Of a DNA stretch of 46,666 bases, positions 34,805 to 44,310 are shown in pieces. Each line of letters begins with the position of its first letter. Positions within the stretch are counted from its first letter, which is position 1. The notes under the pieces were generated by a model. The model did no database searches, was not told where the DNA came from, and saw only the letters and a program-made list of their open reading frames with translations. Source of the stretch: Nanobdellati archaeon (GTDB lineage Archaea; B1Sed10-29; WALL01). Where the stretch lies: the NCBI GenBank assembly GCA_015522845.1, contig WALL01000021.1, positions 1-46,666 on the forward strand, in the 5' to 3' direction. A program made the translations under genes and the position numbers.

Positions 34805-36916
34805 ATGAGACGGCTATTGTTCCTGCTCCTGCTTTTTACCCTTGCACTTGGGCAAATAAGTGAGCCAAAGCTAGTCCAGCAGGTAAATGCCACGGTGCTT
34901 CAAAAGGGGTCAATCCAAGCTAGTGGGGGGGATATATACCTGCTTGGCTTAAACTTAACTGTGCCTCAGACAACCGGCTACCAGCACGCCAGCACAGAAA
35001 GCACTACTGTCACGGACAGCGAGGGGAATGAGCTGGCCCACCTGTCTGCTTCTGCCCCTGGGCAGTCATACTCATATGCTATCCGTTCGAACGTTACAAC
35101 CAATGAGCGGATAACGGCGTCGCTTCCAGAGTCATACTCAATCCCGCAGGAGCTTATGAGGTACACGCTGCCTTCTGCAAAGGTCCAAAGCAACAGCCCA
35201 GAAATCCGCCAGTTTGCGAAGTGGATTACAGCAAATTCTACAACCGACTTTGAAAGGGTATGCCGCCTTGCTGGCTGGGTACATAATCATGTAAAATACA
35301 ATTTAGGGCTGGTAGGGCAGCGGGAAGATGCGCTTTGGGTGCTTAACAACGGGGAAGGGGTCTGTGTGGAATATGCGACCTTGTTTGCGGCCTTCGCCCG
35401 CTCGCTTGGCTATCCAACACGCTTTGTCCTCGGCCAGGCCTATGGCGACTATGGCTGGCTAGGGCATGCCTGGAATGAGGTATACATTGGGAAGTGGGTT
35501 CCGGTTGATGCAACTTGGCTGGAGGTGGGGCACTTAGATGCTACCCATATTGAGTTTTCAAAAGGTGCTGAGCCAAATTCAAGCAATACTGTTGTTGCTA
35601 AGGTAAGCAGTGCTGCATCAATACACTGGCAAAAGCCGGAGTTTGCAGGTGAGAGCAGCAGTGGGGTACAGGTAAAAGTAGCATCTGCCAGGAGTGCGTC
35701 ACCCCCGGATAGCTATTCCCTTTCAATAGCATCGCCCATCCTTGGGTTTGGGGACCAGACATTAGTTACTTTTTCAATGCGCGGAAGCGATTATCGCCTC
35801 ATTGACTTGCGGCTTGTTCCCTGCTTGTCTGATACCCCCATTATAAGCGTATCAAGCCCAATCCGCTCAGTAGTTCTTGAGCCAGGGAAGGAGGCGCATG
35901 TTAGCTGGATTGTTTCAACATCAAATAAGCTTAATCCATCTATTGTATACACCTGCCCCCTTACATTGAATTCACGCTATCTTAAAGAGAAAAGCATCCC
36001 AGTTACCGTAAGCAAGGCAGCTTCCAGAAGCGGCTTTACAGCGTTCTTATCTGATACATCGGTGGCACTTGGGGGGATGTTATCTGTTTATGTGCGGGCC
36101 ACACCTGGAGAGCGTATCACCGTTTATAGCGATGGGCACTTAGAGACACGCATGGCAACTGCTGGCACGACAAAGTTTGGCTTTGTGCCAGCCCATGCTG
36201 GTGCCCATACTGTGTATGTGGCTTCTGAGACAGGGGGGGTGGCAACACTTGCCTTCACAGTAAGGAGTTCCCCAGGCATCTACATAAAGCATATAAGCTT
36301 GCCAAAGCAGGCGTTTGTTGGTGAGCCAGCCAGCTTTGATGTTACCATTGAGGGCCCGAAGGCTGCACATACCCTCTCTGTAAGTGCTGCTACAAATGGC
36401 AGCGAATACCATAGCCGCCTAGTGGTATCCGGTGAAACACAGCTTAACTTTACACTCCTCCCGCATGAGCCGGGCGAGCAGGCACTTACAGTATCAATAG
36501 ATGGCGATAGTGCCCATAACACCAAGAGTGTTCCATTTTTTGCTTATGAAGCCCCGTCCCTGTCGGTCGGCAAGCCTATCTTTAGTGAGTACAATGGGAA
36601 AGTAGTGGTGTCGGCCCCAATTACCAAATCCAATTCAGTCACTAATGTGCTGGTGTCGCTTGGCAGCCAAAGCCAGACCTTAAACGGGAGCAAGGCTAGC
36701 TTCCTTGTTAAGCAAGGGAGTTACAAGCTTTCTGTTAGGTGGTACGATATAAGTGGTGCAGAGCACATAACTACAACCACAATAAACGCCGTTAAGCCAT
36801 ACAAGGGGGCGGACATAGCAGGGAGCTATCCCTTCTTGTTTGCAACAATGGTTGCATTTGCCTTATTCCTAGGGTTTTATGCATTCTCTAAAATAATAAG
36901 AAAAATAAGGGGCTAG
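34805..36916 (+). CDS. Secreted, C-terminally anchored transglutaminase-like (Cys-His-Asp) protein with Ig-like domains
   Basis: Signal peptide MRRLLFLLLL, catalytic triad motifs GVCVEYA / HAWNEV / VDATW, beta-rich repeats, and a C-terminal TM plus basic tail. Confidence 0.88.
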   Translation: MRRLLFLLLLFTLALGQISEPKLVQQVNATVLQKGSIQASGGDIYLLGLNLTVPQTTGYQHASTESTTVTDSEGNELAHLSASAPGQSYSYAIRSNVTTNERITASLPESYSIPQELMRYTLPSAKVQSNSPEIRQFAKWITANSTTDFERVCRLAGWVHNHVKYNLGLVGQREDALWVLNNGEGVCVEYATLFAAFARSLGYPTRFVLGQAYGDYGWLGHAWNEVYIGKWVPVDATWLEVGHLDATHIEFSKGAEPNSSNTVVAKVSSAASIHWQKPEFAGESSSGVQVKVASARSASPPDSYSLSIASPILGFGDQTLVTFSMRGSDYRLIDLRLVPCLSDTPIISVSSPIRSVVLEPGKEAHVSWIVSTSNKLNPSIVYTCPLTLNSRYLKEKSIPVTVSKAASRSGFTAFLSDTSVALGGMLSVYVRATPGERITVYSDGHLETRMATAGTTKFGFVPAHAGAHTVYVASETGGVATLAFTVRSSPGIYIKHISLPKQAFVGEPASFDVTIEGPKAAHTLSVSAATNGSEYHSRLVVSGETQLNFTLLPHEPGEQALTVSIDGDSAHNTKSVPFFAYEAPSLSVGKPIFSEYNGKVVVSAPITKSNSVTNVLVSLGSQSQTLNGSKASFLVKQGSYKLSVRWYDISGAEHITTTTINAVKPYKGADIAGSYPFLFATMVAFALFLGFYAFSKIIRKIRG

Positions 36917-37299
36917 CCTTTCAGCAGCTCTGCCCCTTGCTTTGGGTTGTCGAGGGAAAACACGAGGCTTATCCTGTCTTTGCCCTTGCCAGCCAAATAA
37001 AGCGATTCAATGTTTACACCAGCGGAACCGAGCCGCTTCGCTACATCTGTTAATGCATTTGGCTTGTTAGGGAGTGACTTGACAACAACTTCATTTTTGG
37101 CATATACAATGTCGTTGCTATCGAGCACATCTTCCATCTCCTTTTCCCTATCAACAACCATCCGCACGAATACTTGCTTTCCCGTGCGCTCTGTGGCTAT
37201 TGCATTTAGGTTAATGCCGTTCTGCCCGATAAGCTCGCATATCCTTGCAAGCTCGCCTGGGTTGTTATCAAGCTCAATGACAAACTCGTTTGTCCTCAT
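36913..37299 (-). CDS. Tandem ACT-domain protein
   Basis: LDNNPGEL...GINL and LPNKPNAL...GVNIESLY repeats. Confidence 0.85.
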   Translation of the reverse strand: MRTNEFVIELDNNPGELARICELIGQNGINLNAIATERTGKQVFVRMVVDREKEMEDVLDSNDIVYAKNEVVVKSLPNKPNALTDVAKRLGSAGVNIESLYLAGKGKDRISLVFSLDNPKQGAELLKG

Positions 37300-37346
37300 T
37301 TTAACACCTCAACCATATTGCTCATCCCAGCTATAAATCACTTTTG

Positions 37347-38558
37347 TCATAGCCCTTTGGCTATTGCATCAGCGATTTTAGCCACCTCCTCATCGCTAAG
37401 CCTGCCAAATTCCCCTTTTTTAACCTTCCCCATCACTTGGGAAATAACGTGCTTTGCTGTCTCCTTTTGTATTCTCTCCAGCATTTTTGGGTGGATGCTT
37501 TTGCCGATGCGCTCCTGAAGTGCGGCTACCACCTGCCTTGTGGCTATATGCGTCATTGCTAGCGAATGTGCGCGCCTCTCAAGCCTTTCCTTTTCTGCTG
37601 GCGTGAAAATGATTTTTTTCACACCCGTTCCATGCATCTCCTCAAGCTCCAGCTTCCTACTCTTGTTCCACACCTTGCCTATTTCCCCGATAGCGTGCCC
37701 GTCGAGGCCATATTGCTCAAGAACGCGGTTTTTTATTTTCTTTGCAGCTACAAGATACTGCTTTGGTGTCATGGCTTCTGCTTTGCTGTAATCCCCTGCC
37801 AGCCCCCGCGCCTTATCGGCTATTTCCCTGCTCCTCTTAATGAGCCCCTCCTCGCCAAGGCTGCTGAGCCCTTCTTCCTCTATCCATTCTGCAAGTGCAC
37901 GGCCGAATGCATTTCTTTGGGGTTCCCCCATTGCTTCTGCCAGCATTCCAACTTCCGCGCCAATCGGTTCCAGCCAGCCTGAGAACACAATCCCATTATC
38001 ATGCACCTTTATGGCAGTTGGCTCGCTGCCTATTCCCTTGGCTTCCCTGTCCAGCTGGGATATGTCTGTGTAGTATTCCCACTTGTCCTTGGGCACATGC
38101 AGCAGCTTGAGCAGGTGCTCCCTTATCTGTGTTTGGTGGCCCTCTTCGAGCATTGAAAAAAGCTTTGCAGGCGACAGCTTCTTTAGCGCCCTTTCGGGCA
38201 GCGAAACGCCCCTCTCTTCCAGCCTGGAAATGAGCTTGTCCCTTAGCTTTCCAGGCCGTGCAATCTCCCTTTCCTCCCTGATTCTTGCCAGCTCTTCTGC
38301 AATCGCATTGTGGTGCCGTGTGGGGGCTGCCTTTTTAAGCCAGTTTGGCAGTTCTACCCCCTTTTTGCTTTCTTGGTGCCACTCCTCTGGGGCCTTAAAC
38401 CCAGGAATCTCCTTCTCCATTATGCGCAGCAGCTGGCCAGCCGTTCTTGGCCTTCTTTTCCTTATGATTCCTGATATTGCTTGTGCATGCTCAGGAAATC
38501 TCTTTTTTATCTCATCAAGTGACTCATGTAGCAGGCTCTCAGGGTGGAATTCTGGCAT
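37347..38558 (-). CDS. Hypothetical charged helical protein
   Basis: 403-aa E/K/R-rich ORF with no recognisable motif. Confidence 0.65.
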   Translation of the reverse strand: MPEFHPESLLHESLDEIKKRFPEHAQAISGIIRKRRPRTAGQLLRIMEKEIPGFKAPEEWHQESKKGVELPNWLKKAAPTRHHNAIAEELARIREEREIARPGKLRDKLISRLEERGVSLPERALKKLSPAKLFSMLEEGHQTQIREHLLKLLHVPKDKWEYYTDISQLDREAKGIGSEPTAIKVHDNGIVFSGWLEPIGAEVGMLAEAMGEPQRNAFGRALAEWIEEEGLSSLGEEGLIKRSREIADKARGLAGDYSKAEAMTPKQYLVAAKKIKNRVLEQYGLDGHAIGEIGKVWNKSRKLELEEMHGTGVKKIIFTPAEKERLERRAHSLAMTHIATRQVVAALQERIGKSIHPKMLERIQKETAKHVISQVMGKVKKGEFGRLSDEEVAKIADAIAKGL

Positions 38559-38599
38559 AGCTAATGCTATGCCTTTCTAAAAATAAAAAGGGGGAGGGG

Positions 38600-40360
38600 C
38601 TAGTCGTCAGCCATCGTTGAAAGGTCGCCAGTTGGGAGCCCAAGCTCCTTTGCCTTTAGGACGCGCCGCATTATCTTACCAGAGCGTGTCTTTGGCAGGT
38701 GGTCAACAACCTCTATCTCCCGCGGTGCCGCATGTGCTGCAAGGCCCTTCTTCACGAATTGCCTTATGTCCTCAAGCAGCTCAGGGGTGTTCTTATAGCC
38801 CGGCTTTAAGGTTATAAACGCCTTTATAATATTCCCCCTAATTGGGTCCGGCTTGCCTATGACGCCAGCCTCTGCAACGGCAGGGTGCTCAACGAGCTTT
38901 GACTCCACTTCAAAGGGGCCAACGCGCTCGCCACTGGTCTTAATTACATCATCTATCCTCCCTTGGAACCAGAAGTACCCTTCGTCATCCATGTATGCTG
39001 AGTCACCCGATACATACCATTTTGTCCCGTCGTCGCCCTTCACAAAATAGCTCTTATACTTCTCATCATTGCCCCATATCTTTCTCATCATTGAGGGCCA
39101 GCCGGACTTTATTGCCAGGTTGCCAATTGTATATGGCGGGACAACGTGCCCATTGTCATCAATGATTGCTGCGGTCACACCCGGCACAGGCTTCCCCATT
39201 GACCCCGGCTTAAGTGCCAGCGCAGGGTAGTTTGCAATAAGCTGCATGCCAGTTTCAGTCATCCACCAGTTCTCATATATTGGAAGGTGGAACACCTTCA
39301 GCCCCCACCTAATTACCTCTGGATTCAGCGGCTCACCAACTGAGTATATAAGCCTAAGCGAGCTTAGGTCATATTTCCTGACAAGATCGTCTCCCTTTGC
39401 CATCAGCAGCCTGAATGCTGTTGGTGCTGAGTACCAAACTGTTACTTTGTAGTCCTCTATTGTCTTATACCATTCCTCTGCGCTGAACCTGCCCCCCTTT
39501 ATTAGCGATGACACACCATGTAGCCACGGGCCGTAAATGCCATAGCTTGTCCCAGTCACCCAGCCAGGGTCGGCTGTGCACCAGTAAACATCCTCCTCGT
39601 GCAGGTCAAGCACCTTCTCAGCGGTGTGGTAGTGCCCAATCATTGCGTTTTGGACGTGGAGGACGCCTTTTGGCTTTCCTGTTGAGCCGCTGGTATAGTG
39701 CAATATTAGCCCATCCTCAAGCCCAAGCCACTCAATGTCAAATTTGTCACTTGCTTGGCTCATCTCGCGGTGGTAGCTTACCTCCCCACCTTTTATCATG
39801 CCCTCCTCCCCAACCATTATGACATTCTTAAGCGCTGGCAGCTCTTCCTGAGGAATGCGGCTTCGCATGGGCGGGGTGGTAATTATTGTGCTTGCCCCGG
39901 AATCCTTCATCCGGTCCCTCACTGCCTCCTCCATGAATGCCTCAAACAAGGGCATTGCAATTGCCCCAATCTTTGCAATGCCAATGAATGATATGTAAAG
40001 CTCCGGTGAGCGCGGCATAAACACAGCAACGCGGTCGCCCTTCTTCACACCAAGCTTCTTTAGGACGTTAGCAAACTTGTTGGAGAGCAGCTTCATTTCC
40101 TGAAACGTGTATTTTTCTTTCCTTTCCCCATTATCATAGTAAAGTGCAACCTTATTCCTCCTCCACCCTTCTGCATGGCGGTCTATTGCCTCATAGGCCA
40201 TGTTCACCTTCCCTGTTGTGTGCCAGGAGAAGTTCTCTTTCACATCATCCCACTTGAATTCCTGATAAGCCTTATCGTAGTCCTCCATGTTTGGCTTAAG
40301 CTTGTGCGCTTCTATGGGCGTATTTATAACTTCCTGTTCCATTAGCTTCTGGCCCTCCAT
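38600..40360 (-). CDS. acsA: AMP-forming acetyl-CoA synthetase (acetate--CoA ligase)
   Basis: YTSGSTGKPKG, WCTADPGWVTG, SVGEPLNPE, WWMTETG and PKTRSGKIMRR motifs. GAGAAGGTGA SD upstream. Confidence 0.95.
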   Translation of the reverse strand: MEGQKLMEQEVINTPIEAHKLKPNMEDYDKAYQEFKWDDVKENFSWHTTGKVNMAYEAIDRHAEGWRRNKVALYYDNGERKEKYTFQEMKLLSNKFANVLKKLGVKKGDRVAVFMPRSPELYISFIGIAKIGAIAMPLFEAFMEEAVRDRMKDSGASTIITTPPMRSRIPQEELPALKNVIMVGEEGMIKGGEVSYHREMSQASDKFDIEWLGLEDGLILHYTSGSTGKPKGVLHVQNAMIGHYHTAEKVLDLHEEDVYWCTADPGWVTGTSYGIYGPWLHGVSSLIKGGRFSAEEWYKTIEDYKVTVWYSAPTAFRLLMAKGDDLVRKYDLSSLRLIYSVGEPLNPEVIRWGLKVFHLPIYENWWMTETGMQLIANYPALALKPGSMGKPVPGVTAAIIDDNGHVVPPYTIGNLAIKSGWPSMMRKIWGNDEKYKSYFVKGDDGTKWYVSGDSAYMDDEGYFWFQGRIDDVIKTSGERVGPFEVESKLVEHPAVAEAGVIGKPDPIRGNIIKAFITLKPGYKNTPELLEDIRQFVKKGLAAHAAPREIEVVDHLPKTRSGKIMRRVLKAKELGLPTGDLSTMADD

Positions 40361-40454
40361 TTTCTCACCTTCTCAATTTAGCAATGATGCTTTAGCAGTA
40401 AAGAATACGCTTATTGTGCTTTTTTTTGTCTCTTTTAGTATATAAATACGTCGA

Positions 40455-40721
40455 TTATTTAATTATCTTATATATCTTTGACTGGTGGTAAATCCCAAAT
40501 ATTATGACAAGGTAAGCTATAATCTGTATCCCGATTATTGGGAAGTCACCAACCAGCTTTCCCACGCTAAGTATTGTAGCTAGGTGGACTACAGCAAAGA
40601 AAGCAAACGCATCTGCCAGGAACATAAATATCCTGTCACTAGTGGTTTTGTATTCCACATACGCCATTGCAGTGACTACAAGTGCTAGGAAAAAGCTGAC
40701 GACCATTAGCAGCAATCCCAT
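40455..40721 (-). CDS. Small 3-TM membrane protein
   Basis: Hydrophobic 88-aa ORF following the ttuA-like gene. Confidence 0.6.
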   Translation of the reverse strand: MGLLLMVVSFFLALVVTAMAYVEYKTTSDRIFMFLADAFAFFAVVHLATILSVGKLVGDFPIIGIQIIAYLVIIFGIYHQSKIYKIIK

Positions 40722-40743
40722 GCCTTCGCCTACTCCATTTTTG

Positions 40744-41625
40744 TTAATAAGCCTTTAGGTGTTCCAAAATTTGGCATGCCTTGCATATCTCTCCACTCGA
40801 CGGCTCGCCGCAAATCTTGCACCTGTTTGGTGTGCCTTTTGGCTTTTTTCCGCCATACTCATGCAAGTAAAAGGCGATTATATTGTCTTTCACATTTGGG
40901 TGCTTCTTTTCAAGCGTATCTAAAAAGTCCCTAAAGCTCTTGCGGTAAGCCCCCACTGAATAGGGGCACCTGCTGTAATTTACAGGAAAGCCCATTGCCT
41001 TTGAGTATGCTGTAGTCTCCCTTTCCTTCAGCAGGTAAAGCGGCTTCACGCGTGTGGCAAGCCCACTTCCCTTGCTCTTTGGCCCTCCACGCAAGGCTTG
41101 TGCGCTATCATTCCGGGATATGTTCATCAAAAATGCCTGGGCCTCATCATCCATGGTGTGCCCGGTTGCCACAGCATCAAAGCCTTTTGCTGCACGGCTT
41201 ATCAGCTGCCTCCTAAGGACCCCGCATACTGCGCATGCGCTCATTGGCGTATGCCTTTCTTTAAGCACGTCAAGCATCTCCTTAAGCGTATAGCCGTATT
41301 CCCCCTTAAATGAGGCCACCTTCAGCGGGATGCCATACTTGCTGCAGATGCTTTGCAGCGCACTCAAATTCTTGTCTGTATAGCCAGCAATCCCCGGCTC
41401 TACCATCACCGCCTCAACGCCATAGCCAAACTTATGGAGCATGTAAAGCAGCACAGTTGAGTCTTTTCCTCCCGATGCTGCAACCAGCACCTTATCGCCC
41501 TTTTTCAGCAGTGAGAACTTCCGGATTGTGTATCTCACTTTTTTTTCAAGGTATTCCATGAAGTGCTCCTTGCAAAACCCGCTTTCGTACACTTTCTTGC
41601 CGCACTTCCTGCACCTCATGTGCAT
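40744..41625 (-). CDS. ttuA: tRNA 2-thiolation protein TtuA/Ncs6 (TIGR00269-like)
   Basis: N- and C-terminal Zn-finger CxxC motifs, SGGKDS PP-loop, ACAVCGVLRR, GHTMDDEAQ and CPY. Confidence 0.88.
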   Translation of the reverse strand: MHMRCRKCGKKVYESGFCKEHFMEYLEKKVRYTIRKFSLLKKGDKVLVAASGGKDSTVLLYMLHKFGYGVEAVMVEPGIAGYTDKNLSALQSICSKYGIPLKVASFKGEYGYTLKEMLDVLKERHTPMSACAVCGVLRRQLISRAAKGFDAVATGHTMDDEAQAFLMNISRNDSAQALRGGPKSKGSGLATRVKPLYLLKERETTAYSKAMGFPVNYSRCPYSVGAYRKSFRDFLDTLEKKHPNVKDNIIAFYLHEYGGKKPKGTPNRCKICGEPSSGEICKACQILEHLKAY

Positions 41626-41670
41626 ATTCTTCCCTCATTGTTTTTATTGGTTGTGTGCCTATTGCCTTGC

Positions 41671-41946
41671 ATGAAGCGTGTCCGCCTTGTCATATCCGGC
41701 CGTGTGCAGGGCGTCTTTTATCGTGCTGCCATCCGCAGTGTCGCTGCCAAATATCCTATTACTGGCTTTGTGCGCAACCTGCCTGACGGCACGGTAGAGG
41801 TAGTCGCCGAAGGCCCCGAGCCTGAGCTGCGCAGCTTTGCTGCTGAATGCAAGATTAATGATGGGGTCCGCAAGGCAGAAAAAGCGGATGCAACGTGGTT
41901 TGATGCCCCGTCGCGCGAGTTTAAATACTTCTCAATACGCTATTAG
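41671..41946 (+). CDS. acyP: Acylphosphatase
   Basis: ISGRVQGVFYR and GFVRNLPDGTVEVVAEG motifs. Confidence 0.95.
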   Translation: MKRVRLVISGRVQGVFYRAAIRSVAAKYPITGFVRNLPDGTVEVVAEGPEPELRSFAAECKINDGVRKAEKADATWFDAPSREFKYFSIRY

Positions 41947-41953
41947 TGGTAGG

Positions 41954-42721
41954 ATGAAATTGCCGTTTGGAATGCGCCCGTCCTCACTTGAGGAAAGAAA
42001 ACGATTTTACGAGTCATTTGACCTTAAGCGATCGCGCAACTGGGTAGGAAGGAAGCTTGTTTATGCGGCAATCATCGGGCGCCACTCCGGAGTTTATCCG
42101 CCGGAATACAAAGAAGACAAAAACGTCCCGCTTGTTATTGACAATTACACGTCCCTTAAGGAAGTCATGCGCTACATACTGCACTTCCTGCCAGAGGGCG
42201 TTTACTATGACCGCAATTACTACCACAACTTCTCACTCTGCCATTCGCATGACCTAAGGGATTGCTGGAATTGGGGCAACTTTGCAGGGCAGCAGCTGGC
42301 TTTTGACCTTGATCCAGAAAATGTAGACTGCCCAATCCATGGCCCCCTTAGCAGGCGCTTGCACAAGCAAGGGCTTTCGTTTTGCAAAACAGCTTTTGAG
42401 ATTGCCCGCCAAAACACGGTTTCCCTTTTTGATGAGCTATCCAGCCAATACAGCGATGTCCGTGCGGTTTTTTCTGGCCGTGGCTTTCACATCCATGTAT
42501 TTGATAGTGATGCAATCTCCCTAACCCGCCGTGAGCGTGCCAAGATTGCAGAGCAATACTCGCACTTTGGCATTGACAAATGGGTTACTGAAGGGGAGAT
42601 GCGGCTGATGCGCCTCCCTTACACACTCAATGGGATCTCTTCCCGCATAGTAACTCCCCTCAAGAAATCAGAAATAGCTTCGTTCGATCCGGCAATCCAG
42701 GCGCTTCCACCTTTCCTCTAG
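41954..42721 (+). CDS. Stand-alone archaeo-eukaryotic primase (PriS-like) protein
   Basis: AEP motif I LAFDLD, motif II FSGRGFHIHV, and motif III region D..VT...RLMRLPYTLNG. Confidence 0.8.
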   Translation: MKLPFGMRPSSLEERKRFYESFDLKRSRNWVGRKLVYAAIIGRHSGVYPPEYKEDKNVPLVIDNYTSLKEVMRYILHFLPEGVYYDRNYYHNFSLCHSHDLRDCWNWGNFAGQQLAFDLDPENVDCPIHGPLSRRLHKQGLSFCKTAFEIARQNTVSLFDELSSQYSDVRAVFSGRGFHIHVFDSDAISLTRRERAKIAEQYSHFGIDKWVTEGEMRLMRLPYTLNGISSRIVTPLKKSEIASFDPAIQALPPFL

Positions 42722-42846
42722 GCCTTCTTTTCCCCTTCTTTGTAGTAGTACTTCTTTTTTGCCTCTTCGGCCTTCTTTTCCCCTTCTTTGTAGTAATACG
42801 CCTTTTTCTCGCCTTCTTTGTAGTAATACTTCTTCTTTTCTCCCAT
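42718..42846 (-). CDS. 42-aa repeat peptide MGEKKK(YYYKEGEKKA)2EEAKKK(YYYKEGEKKA)
   Basis: Three identical decapeptides encoded with synonymous codon differences. AAAGCTTATTAA promoter-like element about 22 bp upstream. Confidence 0.7.
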   Translation of the reverse strand: MGEKKKYYYKEGEKKAYYYKEGEKKAEEAKKKYYYKEGEKKA

Positions 42847-42906
42847 GCTGTTCAATTTCTTTTTGACCTTAATAAGCTTTATCTATGTCCTCTGCATTAT
42901 TAAGCT

Positions 42907-43413
42907 GTGGAAAAATTGTTGCTTGTACTAGCCATCCTCTTGGCTGGCTGCACGCAATCCGAGGTGCATAACATGAATTTAACAAGCCCTGCATTTGAGG
43001 ACAAAGGGACGATCCCTATTAAGTATACCTGTGATGGTGAGGATATCTCCCCACCCCTTATGATTTCAGGCATTCCCAATGGGACAGATTCGCTTGCACT
43101 TATCCTTGACGACCCGGATGCGCCCATGGGCACCTGGGACCACTGGCTGCTTTGGGATTTTGACCCCGTTGACCGCATAGATGCCAATACAACTCCCCAA
43201 GGCGCAGTGTTGGGGATGAACAGCTTCAAGCGCCTTTCATATGGCGGGCCTTGCCCTCCAGACCGCGAGCACAGGTACTTTTTCCACCTCTATGCGCTTG
43301 ACATGAAGATCCAGCTTCCAGAGGGCTCATCCAAGGGGGCGCTCCTAAAGGCAATGCGCGGGCACATCCTTGCTGAGGCGGAGCTAATGGGCAGGTATGA
43401 CCGGAAGCGCTAA
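42907..43413 (+). CDS. YbhB/YbcL (PEBP/RKIP-like) protein with lipoprotein-type signal
   Basis: LLAGC, LTSPAF, YTCDG.DISPPL, DDPDAP, WDHW and YGGPCPP..EHRYFF motifs. Confidence 0.93.
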   Translation: MEKLLLVLAILLAGCTQSEVHNMNLTSPAFEDKGTIPIKYTCDGEDISPPLMISGIPNGTDSLALILDDPDAPMGTWDHWLLWDFDPVDRIDANTTPQGAVLGMNSFKRLSYGGPCPPDREHRYFFHLYALDMKIQLPEGSSKGALLKAMRGHILAEAELMGRYDRKR

Positions 43414-43562
43414 GCCCTTTTCTTCAGCCTTGCTAGCTCGTATTCTAAGTTGGACCTTTTCACCTTATCCATTATGGGCAGCTTAAGCTCGTTTTCTATC
43501 TCTGCAATCCTGTCCTTTATTCCCTTGGCCCGTGCATGGGCCTGCTTCTTGCTGATTGGCAT
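43410..43562 (-). CDS. Small basic coiled-coil protein, 50 aa (MPISKKQAHARAKGIKDRIAEIENELKLPIMDKVKRSNLEYELARLKKRA)
   Basis: ORF below the track cutoff. Its stop overlaps the ybhB stop, and it shows a heptad pattern. Confidence 0.55.
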   Translation of the reverse strand: MPISKKQAHARAKGIKDRIAEIENELKLPIMDKVKRSNLEYELARLKKRA

Positions 43563-43632
43563 GGGTTAGTAGTGGCTGCGGAACAATAAAAACCCCAGTT
43601 ATGCTTATAAGTGCCAATCCCATTTTACCATC

Positions 43633-43968
43633 ATGGCACTCAAAGCAATAAAATCGGTCGATGTGATGTCCGCTGCGAAGATGTACGCCGTGATGATGGG
43701 GGCGGTGGGATTCTTCTTAGGGGCATTCGTTGCGGTGATTTACGGCATTTTCCTTGGCGGAGTGGGCATGCTCGGGCTGATGGCTGGAGGCAATTTTGCA
43801 GGCATGAGCATAGTGGCAGTAATCGTAGGCATAATCATGCTGATTGTTCTTGTCGTCGTTGCCACCATAAGCCAAGCAATAATAGGCTTCATCAGCGGCG
43901 CAATCGGGGCATTCATCTACAACTTCTTCGCCAAGCGCGTTGGCGGAATTAAGATAGAGCTGGAATAA
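43633..43968 (+). CDS. DUF3566-like membrane protein
   Basis: IKSVDVMSAAK...two TM...AFIYNFFAKRVGGIKIELE signature. Confidence 0.8.
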   Translation: MALKAIKSVDVMSAAKMYAVMMGAVGFFLGAFVAVIYGIFLGGVGMLGLMAGGNFAGMSIVAVIVGIIMLIVLVVVATISQAIIGFISGAIGAFIYNFFAKRVGGIKIELE

Positions 43969-44055
43969 GCTGGGATGCCAAAGGGCGAACCCCCATCCCC
44001 AACAGCCGCTGAGCGGCTTATGGTGGTTCCGCCACTCACGCGTTAAAAGGACTGA

Positions 44056-44310
44056 TTAATACGCCTTGTCGTGATGGTCTATCGAGATTATTTTCACTAT
44101 GCCGTCTCTTATTGTATAAACCAACACAAAACTCCCGAAATGAACTCGCCTGTAACCAGCCAAGTCGTGTTTGAGCGGCTTGTATCTTTCCGGAGCCCCG
44201 ACAATTTCAATCAATTTTCTTTGTATTTGCTTGAAAAGAACGGAATCCTTTTTCTTCATCTTCTTCATTGATTTCTCAAACTGCTTGCTGAATTTAATCT
44301 TGTAATCCAT
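44056..44310 (-). CDS. Type II toxin, RelE/StbE/YafQ family mRNA interferase
   Basis: YKIKFSKQFEK...P..YKPL...L.GYRRVH.GSFVLVY.I......I..IDHHDKAY. Confidence 0.9.
   Translation of the reverse strand: MDYKIKFSKQFEKSMKKMKKKDSVLFKQIQRKLIEIVGAPERYKPLKHDLAGYRRVHFGSFVLVYTIRDGIVKIISIDHHDKAY

Noticed and set aside
15105-43562. Shared 'MP' N-terminus of orphan proteins as an export signal
   Set aside because: MP starts also occur in ordinary genes here (1321, 3526, 7225), so the pattern is not discriminating.
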